Assembly (NCBI GenBank): GCA_964016885.1
Contig: OZ024743.1
Location: 342,054,001-342,118,000 of the forward strand
Source of the DNA: Eledone cirrhosa
Taxonomy: Eukaryota
Direction of reading: 5' to 3'
DNA: 64,000 bases
The translations under genes and the position numbers were made by a program. The notes beneath the pieces were generated by a model. The model saw only the letters and a list, made by a program, of their open reading frames with translations. It was not told the DNA's origin and ran no database searches. Shown piece after piece: positions 1 to 13,510 of the stretch (position 1 is its first letter; every line of letters begins with the position of its first letter).

Positions 1-1265
1 CACAGAATGCATCATCCTAAGGCAGATACAGATAGAATATATCTCCCTAGGAAAGAAGGAGGACGTGGGTTAATCCAGTTAGATATTGCGTTGAAAACTA
101 CAACAATTGGATTATCTACATATCTAAGTGAATCACATGATTGGATGATCAAATTCGTTTTGAAACACGAAAGCATCAAAAGATCATTCTCCATTACAAA
201 AGATGCACAAAGATACAGTAATGGACTACGAATTTCAGAAGTCCCATTTACTGCTGAAATGGAAAACACAGAAAAAGCAAAGCAGGTAAAAGTAACTGCA
301 AAGAAAGAACTGCTACAGAAACTGGCTAAGAAATGGCAAGAAAAGCCTCTTTATGGAAAATACCCAGAAAGAGCTAACAATCCTGATCTTGACAAAACTT
401 TAACCCATCAGTGGTTGGCATCCTCTGGACTGAAATCGGAGACTGAAGGACTGATTATATCAGCACAAGATCAGTGTCTGCCAACAAAAAATTACCAACC
501 CAACATAATAAAAAATGGATGCAACCCATTATGCCATGTATGTAAAAAACAACCAGAGACCATTGATCATATAATTTTAATGTGCAGTCCTATAGCTCCA
601 ACCGAATACCTAAACAGGAACGACAGAGCTGTATAATAATTACATTGGATAATGTGTAAGCATTTTGACCTGCCCCATCAAAAGAATTGGTGGGAGCATC
701 AACCACCACCCATACTTGAAAAAGATCACATCTCAATCTTGTGGAACTTCAGCATCCAAACAGACCGAAAAATAGATGCAAATAGACCTGATATAATACT
801 GAAGGACTTTAAAACGAGAGTATGCCTGCTAATTGATATGTCCGTTCCAATAGAAAAGAATGTATCTATAAAAACATATGAAAAATTGAATAAGTATAAG
901 GACATGGAGATATAAATTGGAAAAATGTGGAAATTGAGAACTAAGACAATACCAGTGGTTGTAGGCGCTCTAGGAATGATACCTAAGGGGTCTAATGATT
1001 ACTTATCGCAAATCCCGCGAAACCCGCGTATGGGAGAAATACAAAAGATAGTACTAAAGGGAATTGCCCATATAATAAGGAAGATTCTGTCAATATAAGT
1101 ACATCATAAGTCTAAACACCTAAAGATGCATGTGTGTGTATGTATGTTCTTTCTTGAATATGGCGGACCTTGTTGTCTCTTGAGGTCACTGGGTGTGACT
1201 TGGTGATAACTCGTATGAACATAAAGCAAGATAAATGCAACTATAATAATAATAATAATAATAAT
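1..1265 (+). mobile_element. R4/Dong-like RLE non-LTR retrotransposon, 3' part with (TAA)n tail
   Basis: RLYLPRKEGGRGL-like post-RT motif, CHVC..ETIDHI..C zinc knuckle, RPDII...LIDMSVP restriction-like endonuclease; 3' UTR ends in (TAA)n at about 1243-1265. Confidence 0.88.
7..1098 (+). pseudogene. Disrupted RT/RLE ORF C-terminus of the R4/Dong-like element
   Basis: ORFs 7-636 and 652-915 and the continuation IGKMWKLRTKTIPVVVGALG...ILSI* are all one frame, broken by TAA at 634-636 and 913-915. Confidence 0.85.
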
Positions 1266-1430
1266 ACAAGGACGATTTTTTAGACCTTCGGTACGTTTGT
1301 CGATTGGTGACGCGCGTTTCGCTATTGATCAGCTCAAGATTCGATCTGTATAGATCTGACCCGACTCTGGAATCAAAAGATCGTCGGACCTCTGCTGTTG
1401 TAATGGCAGAAGAGGTCCCTGGATACATAC

Positions 1431-1432
<2 letters not shown>

Positions 1433-1522
<90 letters not shown>
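1433..1522. repeat. (CA)n(TA)n compound microsatellite
   Basis: Direct reading. Confidence 0.97.
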
Positions 1523-1529
<7 letters not shown>

Positions 1530-1977
1530 GGGGGTGATCCCAAAGTAGGATTTTTTCTATCCCACACGTTTAAAAATATAGGGAAAAGAAATTGAAAATG
1601 TGGAAGATTATTAATAACTTCAACGGTTTCACGTTGGGATGATTTTTAAAAGTTAGGTGAGATGGAGAGATGTGAGGCCATGTAGTTGTGTGTCAAGAAT
1701 CTATATTTTTTGCGGAATTTCTTCCCTTTTTATGCAAAAAGGTGGCTCACATGGCTATCTGTTTAAAGTACAATTGTATTGGTTGTAGAAAGTCACGTGA
1801 TGAGGTATAGAGCTGTGCAGTGAGTTTTTTTGCGACAAAAATTGATAATAATTTTATGAGGAATATGATTTATCTTGTAGATTTTGCGCCACTGTTTTGG
1901 TCTGTTATACTTCAGTGAAAAAGGCTAGTGATAACTTCAAAAGGAATTCATGTCTATTTTATTGTGTTAAACAGATA

Positions 1978-2163
1978 TAACTGTTTCTACTTTAGGCACA
2001 AGGCCAGCAATTACCCAGTGCATAACTGGTACTTTATTTTATCGACCCCGTAAGGATGAAAGGCAAAGTCAACCTCGGCGGGATTTGAACTCAGATCGTA
2101 AAGGGACGTAACTATGCTGGAAAGCATGGCGTCCGACCCTCTACCGATACTGCCAATCCACCA
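1978..2163 (-). mobile_element. tRNA-derived SINE (family A), full length
   Basis: Minus strand has A-box TGGCAGTATCGG, B-box GAGTTCAAATCCC, central GCCTTTCATCCTTACGGGGTCGATAAAATAAAGTACCAG and tail GGCCTTGTGCCTAAAGTAGAAAC; many copies in window. Confidence 0.9.
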
Positions 2164-2349
2164 ATGGATATAACGGTTAAATAGATATAACGGTCTATAG
2201 AATTGTTTGTAGTAATACCTCCACCAAATTATTAATTGAACTAGCAAAAGAACCGCTCTTCGGCCGGTTTTCTGCTAGCATATGTAGTGTGGATATTGGT
2301 ATTATACGCAAATATATATATGTAAATTGAAAAGTAAATTGACAATATC

Positions 2350-2910
2350 TTCTCTTCGCCCACTTATTTCTGAGAGGGTCGTGACCAGCTCTCATGGATG
2401 TTATCCAACTATCTTTCTCAGGGTCTACCTGGGTCTCTTAGCGGTTGGTTTTGCCTGTAAAATGTGTCCAGCGATTCTTTACTGAGACATTCTAACTACA
2501 TGCTCATAATATCGGAGTTGTGATCTCTCAATTCGGAGAAGTAGCGGCTCTACCAGGAGTGACTCTCTGATCTCTGAGCTATGCACTTTATCAAGTAATG
2601 TTACCCCAAAGACCCTTCGGAGGAATCCCATTTCTGCCGCTTTTATTTGCAATTTTATTCTTTTGGTCATTACTCAAGATTCGCGATCCTCAGTAAGAGT
2701 TGGCAGGAATACCAGGAAGACAGCGAGTTTGGCTTTTACACCTACCCCCTTCTTCTGATTGCTGAATGCTGAGGCTGGCGCATTACTGCATCAGCTTTTG
2801 CAATTCTTGCACTTAATTCAGCCTCCTGCCTCCCATCACTTATTAAAACGTCTCCAAGATACTTGAACTTCTCTAACTGTTTCAGTAGAACTCCTTTCAC
2901 ATGTATATAA
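2350..2910 (-). mobile_element. RTE-clade (Expander/Rex3-like) LINE 3' fragment
   Basis: Translations KQLEKFKYLG...ARIAKA and AAEMGFLRRVFGVTLLDKVHSSEIRESLLVEPLLLRIERSQLR. Confidence 0.85.
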
Positions 2911-3099
2911 ATTAGAGGAATTTCTGTCCACCCATCCATCACACACTGTTTTCGTGTGTTTGTGTGAATGTATGTGTGTGTAAAAGGAAGGAAAGGGATA
3001 CACACATATATATGTCTCTAACTTAAAAACAGTGACACACACACACTCGTCTCTAATTTAAGAACACCGATAAACTCGCGCATGCACATACACGCACTG

Positions 3100-3480
3100 T
3101 GGAACTGTCTTGGTTGTCCAGAATTGATGGGAAAAGACTTGACGGTCTTACTCTGTGCTCCTGGTCAAGAGGCAGGTGCCTTACCTAGGACGTCACAGCC
3201 TGTGACTCTTTTCCTTCTTCCCACATCCTTGATGCAGCGATAAGAGCGTGCTACAGCATCAGCAGCTGAACAAAATCCTAAAATACCGTGTTGTGTCAGC
3301 CTGTGGCGTTCGAGACGTTTGGGGGAGTCGGGCTACTGACTGCAAGATTCTTATCTTCACTGGCGTCTCACCAAACATAGGTAACTGGTGATGCTCGTGA
3401 GAGCACTTGGTTGTTCCAGCACCTCAGCCTCGGCATCACCCCAGGTAAGGCCTCGAGCGTGCTCGCCTGCCTCAAAAATT
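3100..3480 (+). mobile_element. CRE-like RLE retrotransposon C-terminal fragment
   Basis: Manual translation RLDGLTLCSWSRGRCLT*DVT...PVAFETFGGVG...ESTWLFQHLSLGI; resembles the RPDG..W..WD / ET.G / QRGN endonuclease tail. Confidence 0.7.
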
Positions 3481-3660
3481 ATTAGAGAGGTTTCCCAGTG
3501 CTCCTCGCTATATTGCTATCTTTTGCTCTTGTAGCGTCTCAATTTTCCATTCTTTCGCCTGTATATTGTTCTATGGGCTCTAAGATGTGGGTATTACCTG
3601 CTTGTGTATTTTTTTCTCTTTCTTTTTTTCCTTTCCCTTTCCTTTGTATATACTATATTG

Positions 3661-4040
3661 AATTGGAAGTATCGGTAGAAGGTCGGACGCCATGCTTTCC
3701 AGCATAGTAACGTCAATTTACGGTCTGAGTTCATATCCCGTCAAGGTTAACTTTGCCTTTCATCCTAACGGGGTCGATAAAATAAAGTACCAGTAATGCA
3801 TTGGGATAATTGCTGGGCGTATGCCAAAGTAGAAACAATTATTAAAAGGGTGGTGGATTGGCAGTATCGGTAGGGGGTCGGATGCCATGCTTTGCATCAT
3901 AGAGTTACGGCCCTTTACGATCTGAGATCAAATCCCACCGAGGTTAACTTTGTCTTTCATCCTTACGGAGTCGATAAAATAAAGCATCAGTAATACACTG
4001 GGATAATTGCTAGCCTTGTGCCAAAATTAGAAACAATTAG
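3661..4040 (+). mobile_element. Two tandem SINE A copies (3661-3843, 3848-4040)
   Basis: A/B boxes, central domain and AGAAACAATTA tail in both. Confidence 0.88.
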
Positions 4041-5660
4041 ATTTGTTAGTGTTTTCGTTCTGTAACCATTATATTAAATAAGGTTTTAAAAAAAGAGTTA
4101 ATAAATAAATAAAGAGTTAATAAATAAGTAAAATGTTATACTTGTTTCACCGAGCACTATCATGATTGTATGTGTGGGTTTGTGTAAATGTAAATGTGTG
4201 AATGTATGTATGTTTGTGTGAAAGTATGTGTGAATGTGTGTGTATTTGCGTGAATGTCCGTGAGCGTCTATTTTTATAAGTTTGTGTTTGCGCGATTATA
4301 GTTATATACTCATAATAGTTATATACTCATACATATAGTCACAAGAATGTGCACACTCATACGCGTCAGCGTGGAAAAAATCATAATCTCTCTATCTCTC
4401 TCATCACATACTCTCTCTTTCTATATATATATATATGGTAGTTGAAGTGGTGGTGGTGGTGACGATATAACGGAAGTGTAGAAATGTGAATGAAAATTTG
4501 AAAAGAAATCAATTTTAAATTATTTATGTTTACAAAATTTAGTTTCGAAATTTAGGACATAAATTATGTAATATTCATTCATTGATTGGCAGTATCGGTA
4601 GAGGGTCGGACGCTATGCTTTGACGCATAGAGTTACGGCGCTTGTCATTCTGAATTCGAATCCCGCCGAGATTGACTTTGCCTTTCATCCTTACGGGGTC
4701 GATAAAAGAAAGTACCAGTAATGTGCCAAAAAGTAGAAACAATTATTTATTCAAAGTAATCCGACTTATTTTACTAACTGGATTAAAAGAAATAAACCAT
4801 TCGCAGTCCCGCAGACCTTCCTTTAGATTTTTATACAAATGAGTTTTTTAAAAAAAGAGTTAAACTGTGTTGTTAATAAATAAATAAAAAGTTGTACTTT
4901 TCCCGTCCCATTTCCATTTCACCGAACGCTATCATGACTGTATGTGTGTGTTTGTGTAAATGTATATGTGTGAATGTGTGTTTGTTGTGAATATATGTAT
5001 GTGTATTTGTGTGAATGGGACGTCACAATTAGTGACTCTTGCTTCTTCCCACATCCTGGATGCAGCGGTAAGGGTGAAAGCTACAGCATATATATTATAT
5101 TTGTTTCTGTTTTCGTTCTGTAAGCATTATACTAAATGTTTATACAAATGAGTTTTAAAAAACTGTGTTGTTAATAAATAAATAAAACGTTATACTTGTT
5201 TTACCCTCCCGTTTCCAATTCGCCAAACGCTATCACGACTGTATGTGTGTGTTTGTGTAAATGTATGTGTGAATGGTTTGGGGGAAAGTATGTGTATTTA
5301 TCTGAATGTATGTCCGTGAGGGTGTATTTTTATAAGTTTGTGTTTGCGCGATTATAGTTATATACTAATACATATACATGTATGTATGTGCACAATCATA
5401 TGCGTCAGCATGTTGAAAGTCATAATCACTCTATCTCATCACAAACTATCTCTTTCTATATATACGGTAGTTAAAGTGGTGGTGATGGCGACGATATACC
5501 GGAAGTCTAGAAATTTGTAACTTTGAAAAGAAGACAATTTTAAATTATTTATAAATACGAAATTTAGTTACGAAATTTAGTACATAAATTATGTAATATT
5601 CATTCATTATTTATTCAAAGTAATCGAACTTATTTTACAAACGGGATAAAAAATGTTATT
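4040..5660. repeat. Local diverged tandem duplication (about 4040-4790, partial 4820-5015, 5100-5650)
   Basis: Shared blocks ttttcgttctgtaa, ctatcatgactgtatgtgtg, tttataagtttgtgtttgcgcgattatagttatatact, cataaattatgtaatattcattcatt. Confidence 0.85.
4584..4746 (+). mobile_element. SINE A copy inserted in one duplicate
   Basis: SINE motifs; absent from the paralogous site at about 5595-5625. Confidence 0.88.
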
Positions 5661-6044
5661 CTGGATGCAGTCCAGCACTCTTTACGTCATTATAGTTTAG
5701 ATAGGAAGATTATTTATGTGTTTGTGTGCGTGTCTATATATATGCGTATATGTGTGTGTCTGTTGAGATAAGTTTTTTTTTTTTTTTCGTTTCCCGCTAC
5801 GTGCAAATATGAAGGGTCACGTCAACAAGTACATAATAAATAAACAAAATAAAAATAAGATAATAATAATCATGATTTAATCAGCAAAATGAACAAGAAT
5901 TCTACGGGAGTGAGTGTAAAATGTGTGTGAAGCGATTTGTCCCCTTCTCCGTCGGGTACAGAGGGGTCATGCGATAATAATAATATTGGTCATATTAGTT
6001 TCAATAGTTCCATTAGCAAAATGAACAAGTGTGTTACGTGTAAC

Positions 6045-6324
<280 letters not shown>

Positions 6325-6379
6325 AAATGTTTCTCGTTATAGTTTATTCAAACACGGTTTATATGTTTGAATAAATATA

Positions 6380-7070
6380 TTTTATTTATTTATTCGTTTT
6401 TGATCTGTGGAATTGTCTGGACAAAGTTAAAACGGACAACATGGAATTTGGGGGACTTATTTGTTGCACATAAATCTAAATGGCTACTAAATGGTCTCTG
6501 TCTTGTGGCGGGATCTCATAATTGTTGGCAATGATTTGTCATTCTGTTTCTGAGGATGAGTTTGGTTTGCCCTATGCAATATTCGTTACATCCATTACAT
6601 TAAATAACATGTATCAAATTTATTGATGAAAAGATAAAATTATATTTTATGAAAAATATGTGTACTGATTTAAATGTATACAATGTATATTCAATGAGGT
6701 TAGTGCATTTAGAGCAACCACGCATGTTGATTGTTGTTGTTTGTGGTGGGTAATTTGGAGTTGGTGAGTAGTTTTTTAAAGGACTTTGGTTGTCTTTTAC
6801 TTTTGATTATTTTATGTGCTTCGATTGATTTTTTTCAATCTTGGGTATTGTCTTAAAATTAGGTTGGTCCTGTGGGTAATTTTTTCTATGCTCTGTATTG
6901 TATGGTTTGTGTCTTGAGATATAGGACGTAATTGAAGATTTTCTTTTCATATTTTTCATAATTCTTGAATACCTATTGCTTCGGTACATTCTATTCTGTT
7001 GCCTATCAATAATGATGGATACTGTTTTTCGAGTAGGATTTCATTTACTCAGAATAAAAAAACCACAAGT
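6380..7070 (-). mobile_element. Degenerate Penelope-like element fragment (RT thumb to GIY-YIG region)
   Basis: Minus strand reads KQYPSLL followed by frameshifted sequence paralleling KQKYPSLLIENG of the Penelope ORF at 43483. Confidence 0.55.
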
Positions 7071-7128
<58 letters not shown>

Positions 7129-7664
7129 TTGGAGTACATTCATATACATCCAGATTTATGATTTTGCTACAGTTCCATAACCTACTTCGTTCTGCAACAA
7201 ATTACCCACACTTAATCAACGAAGCCTTGAAAATGGGTCATTAGTTTTGCAAATGTTTATAAGTAAATCAAGATCTTAACACGTCAGCCCGTATATTGGG
7301 CCCCGCGCACAACTGTCTTCTCTGTTGAAAATATGGGAACCATATTCCCCTCGAATCCTCACTGTCGTTCTTCGTTTCATTCTGCTATCTCGGATTAATT
7401 GCAAACATTCTTTGACGCTGCAAATATATTCTTGTAGGAAATCCATAAACATGTTATTAAAAATATAAACATTTTGGAATTAAACTCAAATTTGTTTTCT
7501 AAATGTAAATATTATTCCATTAAGCCTTTACTTATTTTTCATATTCAGAATGTCACTGGGCATGCATTATAGCATTTACTTATGTTTACATCAATACTGG
7601 TTTACCGTGTTATCATTTATTGAGATACTGTTTCACTAAGTAAATCTAATGTAAGAAACATTAG

Positions 7665-7818
<154 letters not shown>

Positions 7819-8889
7819 CATATGTCGAAATACATAGAAATATATTAAACCAAGGATGGAATGAATCTGCACGTGATATTTGTGAAATACACACGTATAT
7901 ATATGTATATATCTGACACCACATTAACTAAATGTTGTTCTCCTTACTTATGACGACGAGCTGGGATTGAAAGAAATATAGCTGCTACAATTGTTAATAA
8001 AACGCAACGTTGGTTTATGTATTCCTTGAATCATCCTATTAAGTGGTCGGTGTGATCATGGTTCGAATGTTTTCCAATATAGTTCTACTGTAAGAACAAA
8101 AGCCTTTATAGAAACAATAGCACTTAGTGAATTGGCTTATACTGTTTTGAGCTCTTTAAAAATATGATGCAAAGTGGCATGATTTATGATTAAACATTTT
8201 AGAAATACATTTAACATGCTCAAGAAAATTCTTTAGATATTAACTTTGATTATCCATACACGTAAAGACAATTCCAGAACGCTAAATGCAGTGTTGAGTG
8301 TTTCACGTGTTTCTTTTTTGCTATCTCTGTGTATATCTCTATGTATATCTCTTTCCTGGTGCGTTGCTGTAGGTAAGGCATTTCTAATAGGTCTATCAAC
8401 TTATTGCTGGGTATTTTGTTTTTCTGCGTCTAGATTTATTGAGAGAAACCTTGGTCAATCTCCGTCAACATTTTAAGAAACAGTATTATTGTTCCAAACA
8501 TTTCAATGCCAAACTATTGATGTATATATTCCTGACGAGAAAGTTTGAGGAAGGGAATTCGGGAATCTAAAAATTTCGTTAGCGTTTCAGTAATTTAGAT
8601 CTTTTTATTTGTGTTTATGGAATGCTTGCCAATTAATAATGCTTGAGCTGATAGGAGCCTAATGTTGTGAGTACGTGTCCAAATCTCTATCGAGTTTCCA
8701 AGTAGATGACGATTATTAAATATGCGTGAATAAGTACACGCATGTCATATACGCTTCCATAATTTGAATTTTTTCAGTTTTTGGTTGGGTCAAAATACTT
8801 TTTGTCAAGGACGTTCTGCCCACACTGTATGTTTTTAGTGTTAACATGAGCAGGGAATTTTAGCTATATATACAGTTTCTCATACCACC

Positions 8890-10130
8890 AACGGCCATAA
8901 CCTTGATAAATTCCGTAAAGATTTACTCAATACTTTTGCTAATCTTAACCTTAAAATTACTATAGATACGAACCATACCAATGCTAAGTTTCTTGACATT
9001 AATCTTGATATGCTTACTGCCTCTTTTAAACCTTATCATAAACCTAACGAAAATCTTAGATATATACACAAAGAGTCTTGCCATCCTGCTATAGTTTTTA
9101 AAAATCTTATTCCCAACATTAGCCGTAGGATTTCTACCTTATCTTCGTCTCTAGACATTTTTAACAAATCCCTTAATAACAGCGGCTCTACAGAACACAT
9201 TAAATATTTACCTACTCCTCCTCCTAAAACTAACCACAATAATAGGAAAAGGAAAATTATTTGGTTTACACCCCACCCCTTCTCTTTAACTATCAAAACT
9301 AATGTAGGAAGGAAATTCCTTGACCTTTTAGACAAACATTTTCCTCCTAATCATAGATATTATAAGATATTTAATAGAAATGTAGTTAAAATCAGTTTTT
9401 CTTGTTGCCCATCAATGAGGTCTAAAATCACCAATTCTAATCGTACGAGAATAAATCCGGCATGCATTTGCAGAAAGCCGGATGAATGCCCATTACTGTG
9501 CAAATGTAATACCAAATCCGTTGTATATGAGGCCAAAGTGACACCTTTAATTAACAACCAGCCAGCCAGGAGTGAACGATATGTTGGCATGATTCAGGAC
9601 AAGTTCAAAACCAGGTATTATGCACATGTCGCTTCTTTTAAACACTCTGATAAAAGAACAGCAACGGCTCTCGCAAATAAGGTGTGGGAATTCAAAGATA
9701 AAAACATCTCGTACTCTATGGATTGGTCTATTTTAGACCATTCCAGGGAATACCAAAGGGGCACAAAGAATTGTTCTTTGTGTACCACTAAAAAATTTAG
9801 GATTCTACAAAACTTGAAAGCCACTTCAACTTGCCTGAACCCCAAGACCGAGATCTTCAGATGTTGTCCTCACCTCAAATCACATCTGAGCTGTAACTGG
9901 ATTGACATTCCTACGATGACTCAACCACCTTTAACTTCTTCTCTGCTCTCTACGCTTTACATCCACTACGATTTGTATTACTTTCTGTACTTTTATATTC
10001 TTTTTCTCCCTTATCTCCCCTTATATTTAAACTTTTTCCTATGTTATTTATTTTCCTTATTCCCCCCTACTTTCTACCTTACCCTTTACATACCCAGCTT
10101 TTTTATTTATAGATATTTATTTCTGTGTGT
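8890..10130 (+). mobile_element. 5'-truncated Penelope-like element (RT C-terminus + GIY-YIG), probably Naiad-type
   Basis: FLDINLD, FKPYHKPN..LRYIHKESCHP, RKIIWFTP, CICRKPDECP (CxCx5C), SVVYEAKV...RYVGM, CSLC; followed by a pyrimidine-rich 3' UTR. Confidence 0.85.
9010..9930 (+). pseudogene. Penelope-like RT/GIY-YIG endonuclease ORF remnant
   Basis: First ~300 aa of ORF 9010-10368; the remainder is read-through into UTR and microsatellite. Confidence 0.8.
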
Positions 10131-10151
10131 ATGTATGTCTTGTGTATATGT

Positions 10152-10255
<104 letters not shown>

Positions 10256-10489
10256 ATATATATGTGTATATAATTATATATATCTGTATGCATAATTACA
10301 TACAGAGTGATTTTATGTTTATTTTCATGGATTATTTGCTCCATGAACGTGTTGAGTGCTCTAAATAAGCTATAAACATTTATACCTTTATCTATTTATT
10401 TATTTAATTATTATTTGTCGTATTCCCAAATATTTGTTTACCCCTTCCAACTTTTATTTTCATATATATATAATATTTATGTATTTTCT

Positions 10490-10520
<31 letters not shown>

Positions 10521-10895
10521 GTCTATGTATATATATATATATATGTGTATATATGTGTATATATATATGTATGCATATATATATATGTATATGTGTGTGT
10601 GTGTATGTATATATCTGTATGTGTATGTGTAAATGTGTGTATTGCTTACCACGTGTGTTTGTTTATTTATTTGTGTCCTTTCCTGTATCGCTGTCAACTT
10701 TATAATAATTTTTATTTTTATTCATTTTTTTATTATTATTATTTTTTCTTATAATTAATTGTGTGTGTGCGTATGTAAGTGTCTGTACACATATCTATAT
10801 ATGTGTGTGCGTATGTATGATATGTGTGTATGTATGTGTGTGTATGTACGTGTGTATATATGTATGATTATGTGTATATAAAAATATATATATAT

Positions 10896-11340
10896 AATAT
10901 ATATGCAGTAAGAAACACAGTAAACCGTGTGTCTAATATTACAAGGGTTGAAAAACCACATTTGTTTGAAATATTTAACCAAGAAGCAGACAGAATGATA
11001 AAATGAAAATATATTATTATACAAACCGCCTCAATAACCATTATATCTCTCGGACAGATTATCCCTAATCTGTTTCGCCCTGAGTGTGTTTGTAACAGAT
11101 AATCCTTAGGCATCATCAGCGAGAGAATCTGATTAAATGCAACAAAGACTATGTACCAACGTTCACACAGAAAGATGGTTAAATATTTCAAACAAATGTG
11201 GTTTTTCAACCCTTGTAATATTAGACATACGGTTTACTGTATTTCTTACTGCATATATATTATTAATCGGCTCAGTATTTTATACTTGGAGCTTAATAGT
11301 TACAGGGTTTCAATTGGAGTTTTAACTCTAATTTTCATTT
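10896..11340. mobile_element. Non-coding hammerhead-bearing element with ~85-bp inverted repeat (10896-10981 / 11177-11260)
   Basis: Arms are reverse complements; ribozyme lies in the spacer; TA-rich flanks. Confidence 0.7.
11046..11126 (-). ncRNA. Type I hammerhead ribozyme
   Basis: TCTCTCG-CTGATGA-tGCC..GGC-GAAA-CAGATT(agggat)AATCTG-TC^-CGAGAGA: 7-bp stem I, long stem III, GUC site. Confidence 0.9.
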
Positions 11341-11359
11341 ATATATATATATATATATA

Positions 11360-12560
11360 CGTAGGAGGTGAGTTTTATTGTAGCAACAATAAAACAATGC
11401 AAATATCGGATAAGTAGCACTCCACAGTTTATAGGACTGGAGTATAAATAATATAAGATCAAAATATGGTTAAAAGAGTTTCAAGTATTTTATTATGCGC
11501 ATTTCAAAAACAAGTATCATCATGGGATGATATTTGCATTCTCATCAGATAAAATAGGGAAACATGATATGAAGCTTAAAAAACACTTGTGAGCAGTGAA
11601 GTTTTAAATCAACATATGAAAAATAAAGTAAGATGGATTTATGAAAATGGGAAAAAAAGGAGGGGCGTAGGAAATGGTAAGGAAGAGGAAGAAAGAAAAT
11701 AAAGGATGAAGTGGGAGGAGTATAGGAAGGAAGGATGAGAGAGGAGGAGAAATGAGTGATACAGAGAGAAAAAACATTGTTTCACAGAGAGAAATTAAAA
11801 AAACCATTGGAAGATAATAGATAATTTAAAAAGATTTTGAAATTAAAAGTTAATGAGGTTTATGGATGTTGATGTTTATGATTAAAGAAAAGGAATTAAG
11901 AATAGTATTAAAGGTTTATATATTGAAGGGTTTAATAATATGTGCGAAAAAAAAATTTATTAATATGTATTATTAGAATAAAAATATTAATGATATTAAG
12001 GATATATGTGAAAGAAGGAGAAGAATAAATGAATTATGAACTTAAAGGAATTAGTTAGGGTTTCAGTTTGTTTTTATGTATTGTAATATGTAAAAGTAAA
12101 TAAAAGGTTTAAAACGAGCGCGAAAGGAGAGAAGAAAAAAGAAAATTTAAGGAAGCCCCTTTTTTAAGTAAAAAGAAATTCAAACACTCATATATGAAAA
12201 AAACAACCTGAGCCCCCCCCCTTGTTTGAAGGACTTTGTAACGCGAACTGCGAAATTTATTATACTTATTGACCAACCAATCAAATTACTTCTCTAAAAA
12301 CCTGGCGTTTCGAGCCACTCTTTTCCATATAAAACAAGTAACATTCAAAGACCAACCAGATGTGAGAAAAACCACAGAACCTCCATCTCAACTCTACTTT
12401 TGAAAAGCAGAAGAACTGCGAAACCGGTAAAGGAACCAAATACATAGATATATTTTTTTTTAAATAAGACTCCAGTTGCATTTTCTATTTCATCTTTTTT
12501 TCTTTATACTTTCACTCGTCTAGGACACCTCGGTTATTTTTCATTTTGTAAAAAAAAACC
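11360..12560 (-). mobile_element. Degenerate Penelope-like 3' end / pseudo-LTR
   Basis: Purine-rich tract mirroring a PLE 3' UTR, ELRWR-like endonuclease remnant at 12281-12481, hammerhead near the 3' end. Confidence 0.55.
11486..11556 (-). ncRNA. Type I hammerhead ribozyme (short palindromic stem III)
   Basis: TATTTTAT-CTGATGA-extended stem II-GAAA-TGCGCA-TA^-ATAAAATA. Confidence 0.8.
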
Positions 12561-12721
12561 CACTTTCTGATATATATTGAATTATATATATATAATTATA
12601 TATATATATATATTAGAATTGGTGTTCTGAAATAGCAAATGCGAAACAGGGCTCTGTCGGCTTCGAAATGCTTTTAATTAAGCATACAGTGTATTGCAAA
12701 ATACACTATATATACATTCAT

Positions 12722-12774
<53 letters not shown>

Positions 12775-12781
<7 letters not shown>

Positions 12782-13438
12782 GACGTAAAATAAGAAAATT
12801 AAAAAAATTAAAAATTAACTTACTTACTAAAATTTTCACTCCAACTAATTAGTTTCTGTAATGGGATAAAGATAGTTACGCAATGTAACCATCGAGAATT
12901 CATTACGTCATCAGGGGGTCTATTCTCAGCTAAGTCCCCAGACAATGCGCGGACACTAGGGACTCATATAAAAATAATAATTTGGTGGATGGAACAGCTA
13001 GCAGGGACTGAATTCCATAGCACTGAAAAAGTTCATTGTCTCTGGTCAAGTGGCAGATTCTAAAGATTCAATCACGTGACACTGAGGCTAGGCAGTAGGA
13101 GTGGGAGGGTATTATGACAAGAGCCTACTACCACTACGATGAATTAGCAGTGGATTTGGCAAGTTTGCTCAACAAATAAATAATTTGGAGTTAAATATAG
13201 AGAATTAGTATATTTACCAACATATGCGTAGAGATGTACACTAATGCTAGCAAATACATAAGTTATGTCATAGTACCTAGGTGGTTCTATGCAGGGGGAT
13301 GCAGAACAATTATATGAAAGACGTAAAATAAGAAAATTTTAAAAATTAAAAATTAACTTACTTACTAGGTACTATGACATAACTTATGTATTTGCTAGCA
13401 TTAGTGTACATCTGTACGCATGTGTTGGTAAATATACT

Positions 13439-13447
<9 letters not shown>
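12775..13447 (-). mobile_element. Non-coding hammerhead element: ~538-nt unit, partial direct repeat, then inversion
   Basis: 12778-12829 repeated at 13316-13367; 13198-13281 inverted at 13366-13447; (TA)n/(CT)n flanks. Confidence 0.75.
12838..12919 (-). ncRNA. Type I hammerhead ribozyme, slightly degenerate
   Basis: ACCCC-CTGATGA-cGTAATG..CATTACa-GAAA-CTAATTAG-TT^-GGAGT. Confidence 0.7.

Positions 13448-13510
<63 letters not shown>

Noticed and set aside
10335-10385. SECIS element downstream of the Naiad-like ORF
   Set aside because: ATGA present but no convincing helix or GA quartet partner, and no in-frame TGA in the ORF
12622-12665. Possible hammerhead (CTGAAAT..GCGAAACAG..CTGTC)
   Set aside because: Core lacks the GA of CUGANGA and stem I is weak; at best a relic
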